NCBI GenBank assembly: GCA_003244185.1
Contig: QHBT01000010.1
Coordinates: 29,726 to 93,725, forward strand
Origin: Candidatus Dormiibacter spiritus
GTDB lineage: Bacteria > Chloroflexota > Dormibacteria > Dormibacterales > Dormibacteraceae
Length of the DNA: 64,000 nucleotides
Reading direction: 5' to 3'
Shown: in pieces, positions 44,432 to 52,892 of the stretch
How the letters are laid out: every line of letters begins with the position of its first letter
How positions within the stretch are numbered: the first letter of the stretch is position 1
Position numbers and translations under genes: made by a program
Notes under the pieces: model-generated
Told to the model about the DNA's origin: nothing
The model's database searches: none
What the model saw: only the letters and a program-made list of their open reading frames with translations

Positions 44432-47078
44432 GACAGCGTTTGTACTTCTTGCCCGAGCCGCACCAGCAGGGCTCGTTGCGGCCGACTTTGACGTTGCCGG
44501 CGGGTGTGCCACCGGTTGTGACGCCGTCGTCGGCGACGGCACCGACCGCGGCGCCGACGGGAACCTTTCGTTCGGAGCCGTTGCTGGTTGATCGCCGTTC
44601 CGGCGCCGCGACCTGTGGTGGCGGCCTCTCGGGCTCCAACTGCACGCGAAACATGCTGGCGACGACGTCGCCCTGAATCGAAAGGGTCAGCTCGTTGAAC
44701 ATCTTCAGCGCTTCGTTCTTGAACTCGACGAGGGGGTCCTTCTGGGCGTAGGCCTGGAGGCTGATCCCCTCCCGGAAATGCTCCATGGTGGTCAGGAAGT
44801 CAACCCACTTGGTGTCGATGGTTCGCAGCATTACGAAGCGCTCCACCTGCCGCACTACTTCCGGATCGCCCAGTTCTGCTTCCTTCTGCTCGTAAACAGC
44901 CAGCGCCGCGTCGTAGAGGTAGTTGGCGAGACCGTCCTTGCCCGAGTTCAGAGCCTCGTCGGGAAGCTCCGTTTCAGGTGCGATCGGCATGTAGTGAGAC
45001 AGGTAGCGCAGCAGCTCCTCCAGATCCCAACGGTCGGGATGCCGCCCCGTGCAGTTCGCCTCCACGCCCCTGTCGATGACCTCGCGCAGGTAGTCGAGGA
45101 TGTTGGCCCGGGTATCGATGCCGCTCAGTACCTTCTCGCGCTCGGCGTAGATCAGCTCCCGCTGCGTGTTCATCACGTCGTCGTATTCGACGACGTGCTT
45201 GCGAGCGTCGAAGTTCATGCCCTCCACGCGCCGTTGAGCGCGCTCGATGGAGCTGGTCACCCAGCCGTGTTCGATGCGGTCTCCCTCGAGCCTGTCCATC
45301 AACCTGCCTATGCGGTCGGCCGCCGGCCCGAAGACCTGCATCAGCTGGTCGTCCAGGGAGATAAAGAAGCGCGTCGAGCCCGGGTCGCCCTGCCGTCCGG
45401 CTCGGCCGCGCAGCTGGTTGTCGATGCGCCGGCTCTCATGCCGCTCGGTGCCGACGATATGCAGTCCGCCCAACGCTTGCACGCCGTCGCCGAGCACTAT
45501 GTCGGTGCCGCGACCCGCCATGTTGGTGGCGATCGTGACAGCCCTCTGCTGGCCGGCCTCGGCCACGATGCTCGCCTCACGCTCGTGCTGCTTGGCGTTG
45601 AGGACGTTGTGCTTGACGCCCTTCTTCTGCAGCAGGCGGGCGAGCCGCTCTGATTTGTCGACGGAGACCGTGCCCACCAGCACCGGCCGGCCCAATTCAT
45701 TCATCTCCACAATCTCATCGATGACTGCGGCGAACTTGGAGTCCTCGTCGCGATAGATGACGTCCGCCTCGTCAAGCCTGATGAGGGGCCGGTTGGTGGG
45801 GATCTCCACGACTGTGAGCCGGTAGATCTTGTCGAATTCCTCCGCCTCAGTGATTGCGGTGCCCGTCATCCCGGCAAGCTTGTCGTAGAGCCGGAAGTAA
45901 TTCTGCAAAGTGATCGTCGCGAGCGTGCGCATCTCCTGCTGGACTTTGAGGCCCTCCTTGGCCTCCACCGCCTGGTGCAGCCCGTCTGACCAACGCCGCC
46001 CTGGCATCGTCCGGCCGGTGAACTCGTCCACTATCACCACCTCCCCGTTCAAAACGAGGTAGTGGTCCTCCCGGTGATAGAGAGCCTTCGCTTTCAACGC
46101 CTGGTTGAGCTGGTGGGCTTCGACTGCCTGCTCCAGGTCGTAAATGTTCTTGATTCCGGTCAGGCGCTGAATTTTGGCGATGCCCTCTTCGGTCAGCGAG
46201 GCTGACTTGTACTTGAGCTCGACTATGTAGTCGACGTCTTTTTCCAGCTTGGCCGCATAGCGCGCGTACTGGTAATACTTGTCGGTCGATTCGGCGGCGG
46301 GGGCCGAGATGATGAGAGGCGTCCGAGCCTCGTCGATCAGGATTGAGTCGACCTCGTCCACTATGCCGTAGTGGAGCTTGCGCTGAACCCGCTGGCTCAG
46401 ATCGGTAGCCATGTTGTCGCGGAGATAATCGAACCCGAACTGGTTGTTGGTGCCGTATGTGATGTCGCAGCGGTAGGCCTCCTGCCGGCCGGAAGGCCGG
46501 AGGTGGCGCAGTCGCGGATCCGAGTGGTCCGGATCCGCGTAGTCAGGGTCGTACACGAAGGACCCGTTGGGCTGGTGCGGGTCGCCGACGATGACGCCTG
46601 TGCTGAGACCCATGCCGTGATAGACAGGCGCCATCCAGCCCGCGTCGCGCCGGGCCAGGTAGTCGTTGGCGGTGACCAGATGAACGCCTTCCCCGGAAAG
46701 GGCGTTCAGAGCCAGCGGCAGCGTGGCCACCAGCGTCTTGCCTTCACCTGTCTTCATCTCCGCGATCTTGCCGTGGTGGAGAACGATGCCGCCCACGATC
46801 TGGACGTCGAAGTGTCGCATGCCGATGGTGCGCTGAGCGAGCACCCTGGTCAGGGCGAAGGACTCCTCCAGAAGATCTTCCAGGGACTCATCCTGAGCGC
46901 GGCTCCGCAGCAGCTCGGCCCGGGCCTTGAGCTCGGCGTCGCTGAGCGGCTTCAGCTCGTCTTCGATCTCACCAATCCGCTCAGCTGTGCGCAGGTGGTG
47001 GCGGATTTCCCGCTCATTCGGGTTGAAGACACCACCGAAGAGCCTCATCAGGCTGCCCACCTCGGGCTCGGCAGGCAT
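44421..47078 (-). CDS. secA: preprotein translocase ATPase SecA
   Basis: DEAD-like motor motifs (MKTGEGKTLVATLP, VDEVDSILIDEARTPLIIS, TNMAGRGTDI) and a C-terminal zinc finger (CWCGSGKKYKRCHG). Confidence 0.97.
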   Translation of the reverse strand: MPAEPEVGSLMRLFGGVFNPNEREIRHHLRTAERIGEIEDELKPLSDAELKARAELLRSRAQDESLEDLLEESFALTRVLAQRTIGMRHFDVQIVGGIVLHHGKIAEMKTGEGKTLVATLPLALNALSGEGVHLVTANDYLARRDAGWMAPVYHGMGLSTGVIVGDPHQPNGSFVYDPDYADPDHSDPRLRHLRPSGRQEAYRCDITYGTNNQFGFDYLRDNMATDLSQRVQRKLHYGIVDEVDSILIDEARTPLIISAPAAESTDKYYQYARYAAKLEKDVDYIVELKYKSASLTEEGIAKIQRLTGIKNIYDLEQAVEAHQLNQALKAKALYHREDHYLVLNGEVVIVDEFTGRTMPGRRWSDGLHQAVEAKEGLKVQQEMRTLATITLQNYFRLYDKLAGMTGTAITEAEEFDKIYRLTVVEIPTNRPLIRLDEADVIYRDEDSKFAAVIDEIVEMNELGRPVLVGTVSVDKSERLARLLQKKGVKHNVLNAKQHEREASIVAEAGQQRAVTIATNMAGRGTDIVLGDGVQALGGLHIVGTERHESRRIDNQLRGRAGRQGDPGSTRFFISLDDQLMQVFGPAADRIGRLMDRLEGDRIEHGWVTSSIERAQRRVEGMNFDARKHVVEYDDVMNTQRELIYAEREKVLSGIDTRANILDYLREVIDRGVEANCTGRHPDRWDLEELLRYLSHYMPIAPETELPDEALNSGKDGLANYLYDAALAVYEQKEAELGDPEVVRQVERFVMLRTIDTKWVDFLTTMEHFREGISLQAYAQKDPLVEFKNEALKMFNELTLSIQGDVVASMFRVQLEPERPPPQVAAPERRSTSNGSERKVPVGAAVGAVADDGVTTGGTPAGNVKVGRNEPCWCGSGKKYKRCHGR

Positions 47079-47216
47079 CTAGGCAGGCGGAGCTGAGCTG
47101 CTGGGGGCTGGCTCCGGACCGCGCTCGAGGCCCTGGTCCGGCCGGGGACCGCGACCTTCACTGAAGGGATGATACCCATGGCCCTCGTGGCCCAAGCCGA
47201 ACTGAACTTCAGACAT
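47079..47216 (-). CDS. possible 45-aa coupled upstream ORF between comF and secA (MSEVQFGLGHEGHGYHPFSEGRGPRPDQGLERGPEPAPSSSAPPA)
   Basis: Its ATG overlaps the comF stop (ATGTCTGA). Its TAG directly abuts the secA ATG (TAGATG). secA has no SD of its own. Confidence 0.3.
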   Translation of the reverse strand: MSEVQFGLGHEGHGYHPFSEGRGPRPDQGLERGPEPAPSSSAPPA

Positions 47217-47901
47217 CCACCCGCGCCAACGTGACGGCCGTCACCTGACCGGCGCCGCCCGCCTTCAGCGCGGCTGCACAGCTCTCCAGTGTCGCCCCGG
47301 TGGTGGCCACATCATCCACGAGCAGAATCGCAGCCCCGGCCAGGCGCGGTCCCTGCCATTGGAATGCGCCATCGACGTTGCCGCGCCGGCGCAGCCTGTC
47401 CAGACCGACCTGCGGCGGCGTATCCCGCACCCGGATCAGCCGGCCGGCAGGCCGCGGCAGCCGCAGCCGGTGCCGAAGCTCGCCGACCAGCAATTCCGCC
47501 TGGTTGTAGCCGCGCTGGCGGAGCCGACGCGGATGCAGCGGCACCGGTACAAGCTGCGTCTCGGGGCGTACCCCAACCTCGCGGCCAACCGCTTCGGCCA
47601 GCAACCCGGCCAGCGCGGGTGACAGCGCCTGCCAGCCGGCGTACTTGAAACGGTGAATGGCCCGCTCCAACGGCCCCTCGTAGGCGGCGACAGAGCGCAG
47701 GCGCGACAGGCAGCGCAGGCGCGCCCGGCAGCCGCAGCTGATGCCTGCATGCTCCAGCTCCCGGCCGCAGCGACGGCAGAGGGGCTCCTCCAGTCGGCGC
47801 ACGCGGTCCCTGCAGCCGGCGCACAGCCAGGCACCCACCGCGCCGCAGCCGCCACAGCGGGGCGGCAGCAGCCAGTCGAGCAGGCGACTCCAACCTGCCA
47901 T
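47209..47901 (-). CDS. ComF family protein (phosphoribosyltransferase domain)
   Basis: N-terminal double CxxC zinc ribbon (PPRCGGCG...CAGC...CRRCG) and C-terminal PRT motif LLVDDVATTGATL. Confidence 0.85.
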   Translation of the reverse strand: MAGWSRLLDWLLPPRCGGCGAVGAWLCAGCRDRVRRLEEPLCRRCGRELEHAGISCGCRARLRCLSRLRSVAAYEGPLERAIHRFKYAGWQALSPALAGLLAEAVGREVGVRPETQLVPVPLHPRRLRQRGYNQAELLVGELRHRLRLPRPAGRLIRVRDTPPQVGLDRLRRRGNVDGAFQWQGPRLAGAAILLVDDVATTGATLESCAAALKAGGAGQVTAVTLARVDV

Positions 47902-48046
47902 GTCGACGACGCTGCCACGTCCGAGCCCGCCTTGTCAGCCGAGGCGGTGAAGATCGGCCGCACTCGAGCGGAGGCAGGGCGCCCACTCAGAGCGATCGAC
48001 AGCTCAGCGACGCGCAGGTCTTGCTGACTGGGCGGCAGACCTCGCC

Positions 48047-48415
48047 TCAGACGGGTTCGATGCTGAATTGCTCGCCTCGCTCCAGGGGCAAGCCGGAAAG
48101 TGAGCCGGCAGGCAGCTCGACCACGCTGCGGCTGCCCGCCACGAAGGGCACGACGCGCCAGGGCCTAAGGCCGCCACGGGCCGACACCAAGCGCTGGGCT
48201 CGATCGAGGAAGATGGCATCGAGCGGAAAGCGGACGCCGAACATGTGGATGCCATTGCAGGGCTGGATCCACATCCCCTGCCCGGCGGGGAGAGCGGGCC
48301 TGAACATCAGGCCCAGGCCGCGCCCCACAAACGTGCGCGGCACCAGCAGGCGCTCCGCCAGGACGCGCCCGGACGGCACGTGCCGAAGCCGGAGAATCTG
48401 CTCAGTTCGCGCCAT
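48047..48415 (-). CDS. DUF192 domain protein
   Basis: The 122-aa pattern RGLGLMFR...GMWIQPCNGIHMFGVRFPLDAIFLD...VVELPAG is typical of DUF192 (COG1430). Confidence 0.7.
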   Translation of the reverse strand: MARTEQILRLRHVPSGRVLAERLLVPRTFVGRGLGLMFRPALPAGQGMWIQPCNGIHMFGVRFPLDAIFLDRAQRLVSARGGLRPWRVVPFVAGSRSVVELPAGSLSGLPLERGEQFSIEPV

Positions 48416-48439
48416 CTCGCCTAAGCTACTGCGACCTCA

Positions 48440-49180
48440 GTGCCTGAATTTATCTCCGCCGGAGTCCGGCTTCACTACGCGCTCGCAGGACCAGCCGACG
48501 GCAGACCCATAGTGCTGGGCCATGGCTTCTGCAGCGACTACTCGCTCAACTGGAGAGGCACTCGCTGGCAGGAGACACTGACCGGCGCCGGCTTCCACGT
48601 GATAGGCCTTGACAGCCGCGGTCATGGCGCTTCGGCGAAACCGCATGACCCGGCCGCGTACAGTCGCCCGGAGATGGCGGCGGATGTGACGCGTCTGCTG
48701 GACGAGCTCGGCCTCCAGGCGGCCGACTACCTCGGCTACTCGATGGGCGCGCGCATCGGGTTGGAGCTGCTGCAGCGCTTTCCCGAGCGCGTCCGCCGGG
48801 CGGTTCTCGGGGGGTTGAATAGCTCGGACGACTTTGAGCGCGCTCGGCTGATCGCCCGCCGCTTTCGGGGGGATGGCGCGGTCACCGACCCGGTGGCAGT
48901 CTCCTTCTTCTCATTCGCTTCGGCCCGGCCGGTGAATGATCTCGAGGCTCTGGCCTGCTGCATCCTGGGCGACCAGCCACCGCTCCAGGAGGTCGCTCTG
49001 CGCCGCATAGCCGTAAAGGCTCTGCTCGTCGCAGGTGATCGCGATCCCCTAGCGGCTGAGGCCGAGTCAATCGCTGCCCTGATACCCAATGCCAGCTATG
49101 TCGAGCTGCAGGGCCGCGACCACATGAGCTCAGTACCTGCCCGGGCCTTCAAGGAGGCCGCGCTGGCGTTTCTCAGCTAG
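48440..49180 (+). CDS. alpha/beta hydrolase fold protein
   Basis: HGF oxyanion region and nucleophile elbow GYSMGA, with C-terminal RDHMS. Confidence 0.8.
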   Translation: MPEFISAGVRLHYALAGPADGRPIVLGHGFCSDYSLNWRGTRWQETLTGAGFHVIGLDSRGHGASAKPHDPAAYSRPEMAADVTRLLDELGLQAADYLGYSMGARIGLELLQRFPERVRRAVLGGLNSSDDFERARLIARRFRGDGAVTDPVAVSFFSFASARPVNDLEALACCILGDQPPLQEVALRRIAVKALLVAGDRDPLAAEAESIAALIPNASYVELQGRDHMSSVPARAFKEAALAFLS

Positions 49181-49320
49181 AGCTGGAGCGCTTCGGCGGT
49201 GCCGCGAAGCGTCTGGACGATCTGGCCGCCCAGCGTGTACCAGATGAGCGCCAGGGCAAGCAGAGTGAGAAGCGCCAGCAGCCAGTAGTCGACCAGCTTG
49301 GGCTTCGGCTCCTGACTCAC
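49177..49320 (-). CDS. possible 47-aa single-TM peptide (MSQEPKPKLVDYWLLALLTLLALALIWYTLGG...)
   Basis: GTG start at 49320, downstream of the GT2 gene on the same strand. One clear TM helix. Below the track size cutoff. Confidence 0.3.
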   Translation of the reverse strand: MSQEPKPKLVDYWLLALLTLLALALIWYTLGGQIVQTLRGTAEALQL

Positions 49321-49387
49321 GCTTGGCAAGCCTACTGAAGCCACCGGCAGAGGCAGTCGGCCTCTTCCCGCCTGGCCGGGCGCTGGC

Positions 49388-50206
49388 TCAGCTCCGGCCG
49401 ACGCTGCCCAGTCTCAGCCGCGCCAGGTCCCAGAGCATCCGGCCGCCGTCGCGCAGGGGGGAAACGCTGCTGGCGTCGGAGTTCAGCCAGCGCACCCCTA
49501 CCTCGGTCACGCGGTAGCGGGAGCGCCGAGCGCGGAGCAGGATCTCGATATCGAAAGCAAAGCGATCGATCTCCAGCTGACTGAAGAGTTGCCGGGCGGT
49601 CTCGCCCCGGAAGAGCTTGAAACCGCACTGCGTGTCACGCAGGCCGGGCAGAAGCGTCACCCGCACCAGGCGGTTGAACGCTTTCCCCAGCAGCCGGCGG
49701 TGGAAGGGCTGGTCGATCTCCCGGGCGCCCGGCACAGCGCGGGAAGCGATAGCGATATCGGCGCCATCGGCGATCGCTCGTTCTAACTTCGACAGCTCCT
49801 CGATGGGCATCGAGGCATCGGCATCGAAGAGCAGCACCAGAGTGCCTCGGCTGAAATGAACGCCCTCGGCCGACGCCCGACCTTTGCCCCGATTGCGCGG
49901 CAGGGTCTTGACTCGGACCTGCGGATAGTCGCCAGCCAAGCGTCGCAGCAATGCGCCGGTACCGTCGGAGCTGCCATCGTCGACGAGGATGACCTCGAAA
50001 GGCCGGCCGCGCTCCAGAAGCCACCGAGAGACCCCTGCCACCGAAGCGGGCAGCCGTCGCATCTCATTGAAGCAGGGGACCACCACGCTGAGATCCGGGG
50101 CCTGACCGCTCAGGCTTGCTGCCTCCGCGCCACCGCCAGCGCAAACACCGGTAGAACCCACATACGGCGGATGCGCCAGGGCTGGAGCAGCAGTCGCCAG
50201 AACCAC
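49388..50206 (-). CDS. family 2 glycosyltransferase (dolichyl/polyprenyl-phosphate glycosyltransferase-like). Start uncertain: track ATG 50206, GTG 50161, or CTG 50113.
   Basis: LSVVVPCFNE, ILVDDGSSDGT and LLFDADAS (DxD) motifs. Confidence 0.85.
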   Translation of the reverse strand: MVLATAAPALAHPPYVGSTGVCAGGGAEAASLSGQAPDLSVVVPCFNEMRRLPASVAGVSRWLLERGRPFEVILVDDGSSDGTGALLRRLAGDYPQVRVKTLPRNRGKGRASAEGVHFSRGTLVLLFDADASMPIEELSKLERAIADGADIAIASRAVPGAREIDQPFHRRLLGKAFNRLVRVTLLPGLRDTQCGFKLFRGETARQLFSQLEIDRFAFDIEILLRARRSRYRVTEVGVRWLNSDASSVSPLRDGGRMLWDLARLRLGSVGRS

Positions 50207-50838
50207 TCCAGGTGCACCCTGCGTACAGGTTCGGGCGCCCGCCTAACGCGGCCGGCGAGAAAGTCGAAAGTGCCGCCCACGCCGATGGCCACCGGCACTC
50301 GCAGCCTTTCTCGATTGCGCTCCACCCAAAGCTCCTGGCGAGGATGCCCGTAGCCGACCAGCAGGACGTCTGGCTGCGCCATCTCGATGCGCCGCAGGCT
50401 TTCCAAGTCGTCCGCCGGGAGCGGCGAGCCGGCGTGCACGCCTGCCACCTGCAGCCTCGGATAGCGCTGCTGCAGCCGTCTCGCTGCCTCTGCCCCGACG
50501 CCGGGCAGCGCGCCCAGCAAGAAAGGCCGCCAGCCGCGCCGCGCACAAAGCTCAGCCAGCGCCGGCACCAGGTCGCTGCCTGCCACGCGCTCCTGCTTGT
50601 CGGCGCCCTGGCGGCGCAGAGCCCAGACCAGCCCTATGCCGTCTGGCACGCACAGGGCTGAGCGCTCCAGCACCTGGCGGAATGCCGGATCGCGGCGGGC
50701 GCGCATGATGAACTCGGGGTTGGCTGTCGCCACGAGCCCCACGGGCCCCCGAGCCTCGATCAGGCGCTCGACGACTGCCAGCGCTTCAGCCATGTCCACG
50801 CAGTCGACTCGGATTCCGAGTACGCGCTTGGATTCCAC
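50110..50838 (-). CDS. WecB/TagA/CpsF family glycosyltransferase. Start GTG 50838.
   Basis: VLGIRVD...ATANPEFIM...CVPDGIGLVWA...VGYGHPRQELW...IGVGGTFDFLAG...LEWFWRL. The track N-terminal extension is low-complexity. Confidence 0.85.
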   Translation of the reverse strand: MESKRVLGIRVDCVDMAEALAVVERLIEARGPVGLVATANPEFIMRARRDPAFRQVLERSALCVPDGIGLVWALRRQGADKQERVAGSDLVPALAELCARRGWRPFLLGALPGVGAEAARRLQQRYPRLQVAGVHAGSPLPADDLESLRRIEMAQPDVLLVGYGHPRQELWVERNRERLRVPVAIGVGGTFDFLAGRVRRAPEPVRRVHLEWFWRLLLQPWRIRRMWVLPVFALAVARRQQA

Positions 50839-51128
50839 AGCTATATCATCGCCAGCGGATGCACGCGGGCGCCGGCATCCAAGCCGCTGGCGGCGCCTGC
50901 GCAATGGAAGCTTTCCACTGATGCATGAGCAGTCGGCCGTAGCATCGACCAGAACTGTGAGCTCGCCTGAGTCCCGATTCACCGGTCCGCCGCGAGAGAA
51001 TTGGGGTCCAGGCGCGCCAGGTGGTGATTCGGCGCCGAGGACCGGAGGGAGCGCACCCAAAGGTGCGTGAGCGAGGACCGCAGAAGTCCGGGGCGCCAGC
51101 TGGTGCGCCTGGGCGCCAAGGCTCCGCG

Positions 51129-51905
51129 GTGGGTCGGTGGATCGGGACTCAGGCCAATCGGCGCCTGTTCGATCTAGAGCAGCCCCGGCGAAAGGAGGCT
51201 CCCATCCACCCCTCCCACCAGCCACCCGGCTACTCCTACCTGCTTCATCGGCGCCACGCGCCGGGCCCCGAGCGGCGCACCTCCGCGTCAGGGGTGATGA
51301 CCGCGAGCGAGCACTCGGGAACGCATATCGACGCCCTCTGCCACCAGGCCTGGGACGGACGCCTGCATGGCGGCGCGGATGCGGTCGCCGCGCAGGGCAG
51401 CTTTGGCTTCTCGCTGCTTGGCGCGGAAGCGATGGCCCCGATCCTGACTCGGGGCTGGCTCATCGACCTGGGTTTGGTGGCCGAGCCCGGCTGGATCTCG
51501 CTCGAGAGGGTGCGCCGGGCGGCCTCAGAGCAAACTGTCGAGCCTGCGCCTGGCGACGTGGTGCTGATCCGCACTGCCAACGGAGCGAATTGGCAGGAGC
51601 CTCAGCGCTACCTTCGCGGTCCCGGGATGGCGCCGGCCGTGTCCAGCTGGCTGGCCGAGCTTCGACCGCGAGCAGTCGGCGCCGACAACCTGGCTTGGGA
51701 CTGGCTCGAACCCGATCCGGCGTACGGCACGCTGCCGGGCCACACGATCCTGCTGGTGCAGCACGGCATTCACATCTTGGAGAACCTCTACCTGGAGGAG
51801 CTGGCCGCTGCCGGCGTCAGGAGCTTCACGTTCGTCTGCCTGCCGCTGAAGCTGGTGGGAGCCACTGGCTCGCCCGTCCGGCCAATCGCTTTACTCGAAA
51901 GCTAG
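51129..51905 (+). CDS. cyclase family protein (kynurenine formamidase-like fold). Start GTG 51129 is tentative.
   Basis: HSGTHIDALCHQ matches the HxGTHxDxxxH cyclase-family motif. The C-terminal part (LPGHTILL...IHILENLYL) is consistent. Confidence 0.7.
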   Translation: MGRWIGTQANRRLFDLEQPRRKEAPIHPSHQPPGYSYLLHRRHAPGPERRTSASGVMTASEHSGTHIDALCHQAWDGRLHGGADAVAAQGSFGFSLLGAEAMAPILTRGWLIDLGLVAEPGWISLERVRRAASEQTVEPAPGDVVLIRTANGANWQEPQRYLRGPGMAPAVSSWLAELRPRAVGADNLAWDWLEPDPAYGTLPGHTILLVQHGIHILENLYLEELAAAGVRSFTFVCLPLKLVGATGSPVRPIALLES

Positions 51906-52843
51906 CCAGTGGGCGAGGACGCCTGCACTGTGGGGTCGAGCGGCCCCAGATTCTGCGCGAAGCGGGTCAGCGGCTCTTGCCCCTCGACCCTTACCCTGGG
52001 CCAGGCAAAGCGGCTGGCCGCGCTCTCGGCTGCCCCTTGCTCGGTGGTCGTGGCGGTGTCGAAGCCGGCTGCCTGGACAGCCTTTTCCACTGCGGGATTG
52101 TGACGACCCGAGGGGTAGCTGAAGTCCAGCACCGGGTGGTTGACTATGTGCTCCAACGAGGCCTTGCCGTCCACCAGCTCATGAACGAGGTCGGCAGCCG
52201 CGACGATTGTCAAGTCCACATGGGTCACCGTGTGGGCCCCGACCTCGACGCCTGCGCGGTCGAGCTCAGCCACCTGCTCTGCGGTGACGTAGCCAGGCCT
52301 GCCCAAGAAGCCGCTCACAAGATAGGCGACAGCGGTGAAGTGGTGTTCCCGTAACACCGGCCACGCTGTCGAATAGAAGTCGGCGTAGCCGTCATCGAAC
52401 GTGAGCACGACGGACCGGGCGGGCAGGGTGCCGAGGTTGGCAAGATAGGCGCTGACATCCCTCAATGTCACGGGGCGATAGCCGTTCTGCGCCAGCCAGT
52501 CCATCTGGGCCCGAAAGTCATCAGGCGTAACTGAGAGGTCGTAGCCCACCGTCCGGGGCGGTTCCCTGGGCACGCGGATGTAGTGGTACATGAGGACGGG
52601 CACATGCAGCTGGGAACGGCCTGGCTCGACGATCTCAGAGGCGGCTGGCTTACCGCCCGGCGGCGCGCTGGGCAAAGTCGCAGGCAAGCTCACCGAAGTG
52701 CTGGGGTGCTGGGCGGCGACCCGGTTGGTTTGCCCACCCTGCCAGCGTGCGAAAAGACTCATTCGGCCGGAAGCCACGACGGCCAGGACGAGGACCAGCG
52801 CCAGCGCTGCGGCCGCCCGCAGCCGCCAGACTTGGGGAAGCAT
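51902..52843 (-). CDS. polysaccharide deacetylase (NodB homology domain), membrane-anchored
   Basis: N-terminal TM, then VPVLMYHYI, LTFDDGYADF and GAHTVTHVDL motifs. Confidence 0.85.
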   Translation of the reverse strand: MLPQVWRLRAAAALALVLVLAVVASGRMSLFARWQGGQTNRVAAQHPSTSVSLPATLPSAPPGGKPAASEIVEPGRSQLHVPVLMYHYIRVPREPPRTVGYDLSVTPDDFRAQMDWLAQNGYRPVTLRDVSAYLANLGTLPARSVVLTFDDGYADFYSTAWPVLREHHFTAVAYLVSGFLGRPGYVTAEQVAELDRAGVEVGAHTVTHVDLTIVAAADLVHELVDGKASLEHIVNHPVLDFSYPSGRHNPAVEKAVQAAGFDTATTTEQGAAESAASRFAWPRVRVEGQEPLTRFAQNLGPLDPTVQASSPTG

Positions 52844-52892
52844 GGCTAGTGTCGCCTTGTGAGAACGGCTGAGCGCACCACCTGCAGCCTAC

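Noticed and set aside
51018-51116. ZTP (pfl)-riboswitch-like fragments in the 290-bp leader of the cyclase-family gene: GUGAUUCGGCG (51023-51034), AGGGAGCGCACC (51046-51057) and GCGCCUGGGCG (51105-51115), which could pair with the first as a pseudoknot.
   Set aside because: The highly conserved UGAC-UGGCG core carries a substitution and an insertion. P1 would be only 4-5 bp with a bulge, and P2 is essentially absent. The CGCCUGGGC 9-mer is expected by chance a few times in 64 kb of DNA this GC-rich. The downstream gene is not in the purine/folate regulon. An Infernal search with RF01750 would settle it.
51137-52354. 405-aa plus-strand ORF spanning the cyclase-family gene (other frame) and the deacetylase gene (antisense).
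   Set aside because: No motifs and an Arg/Ala/Gly-rich translation. Both overlapped genes have clear family signatures in their own frames.
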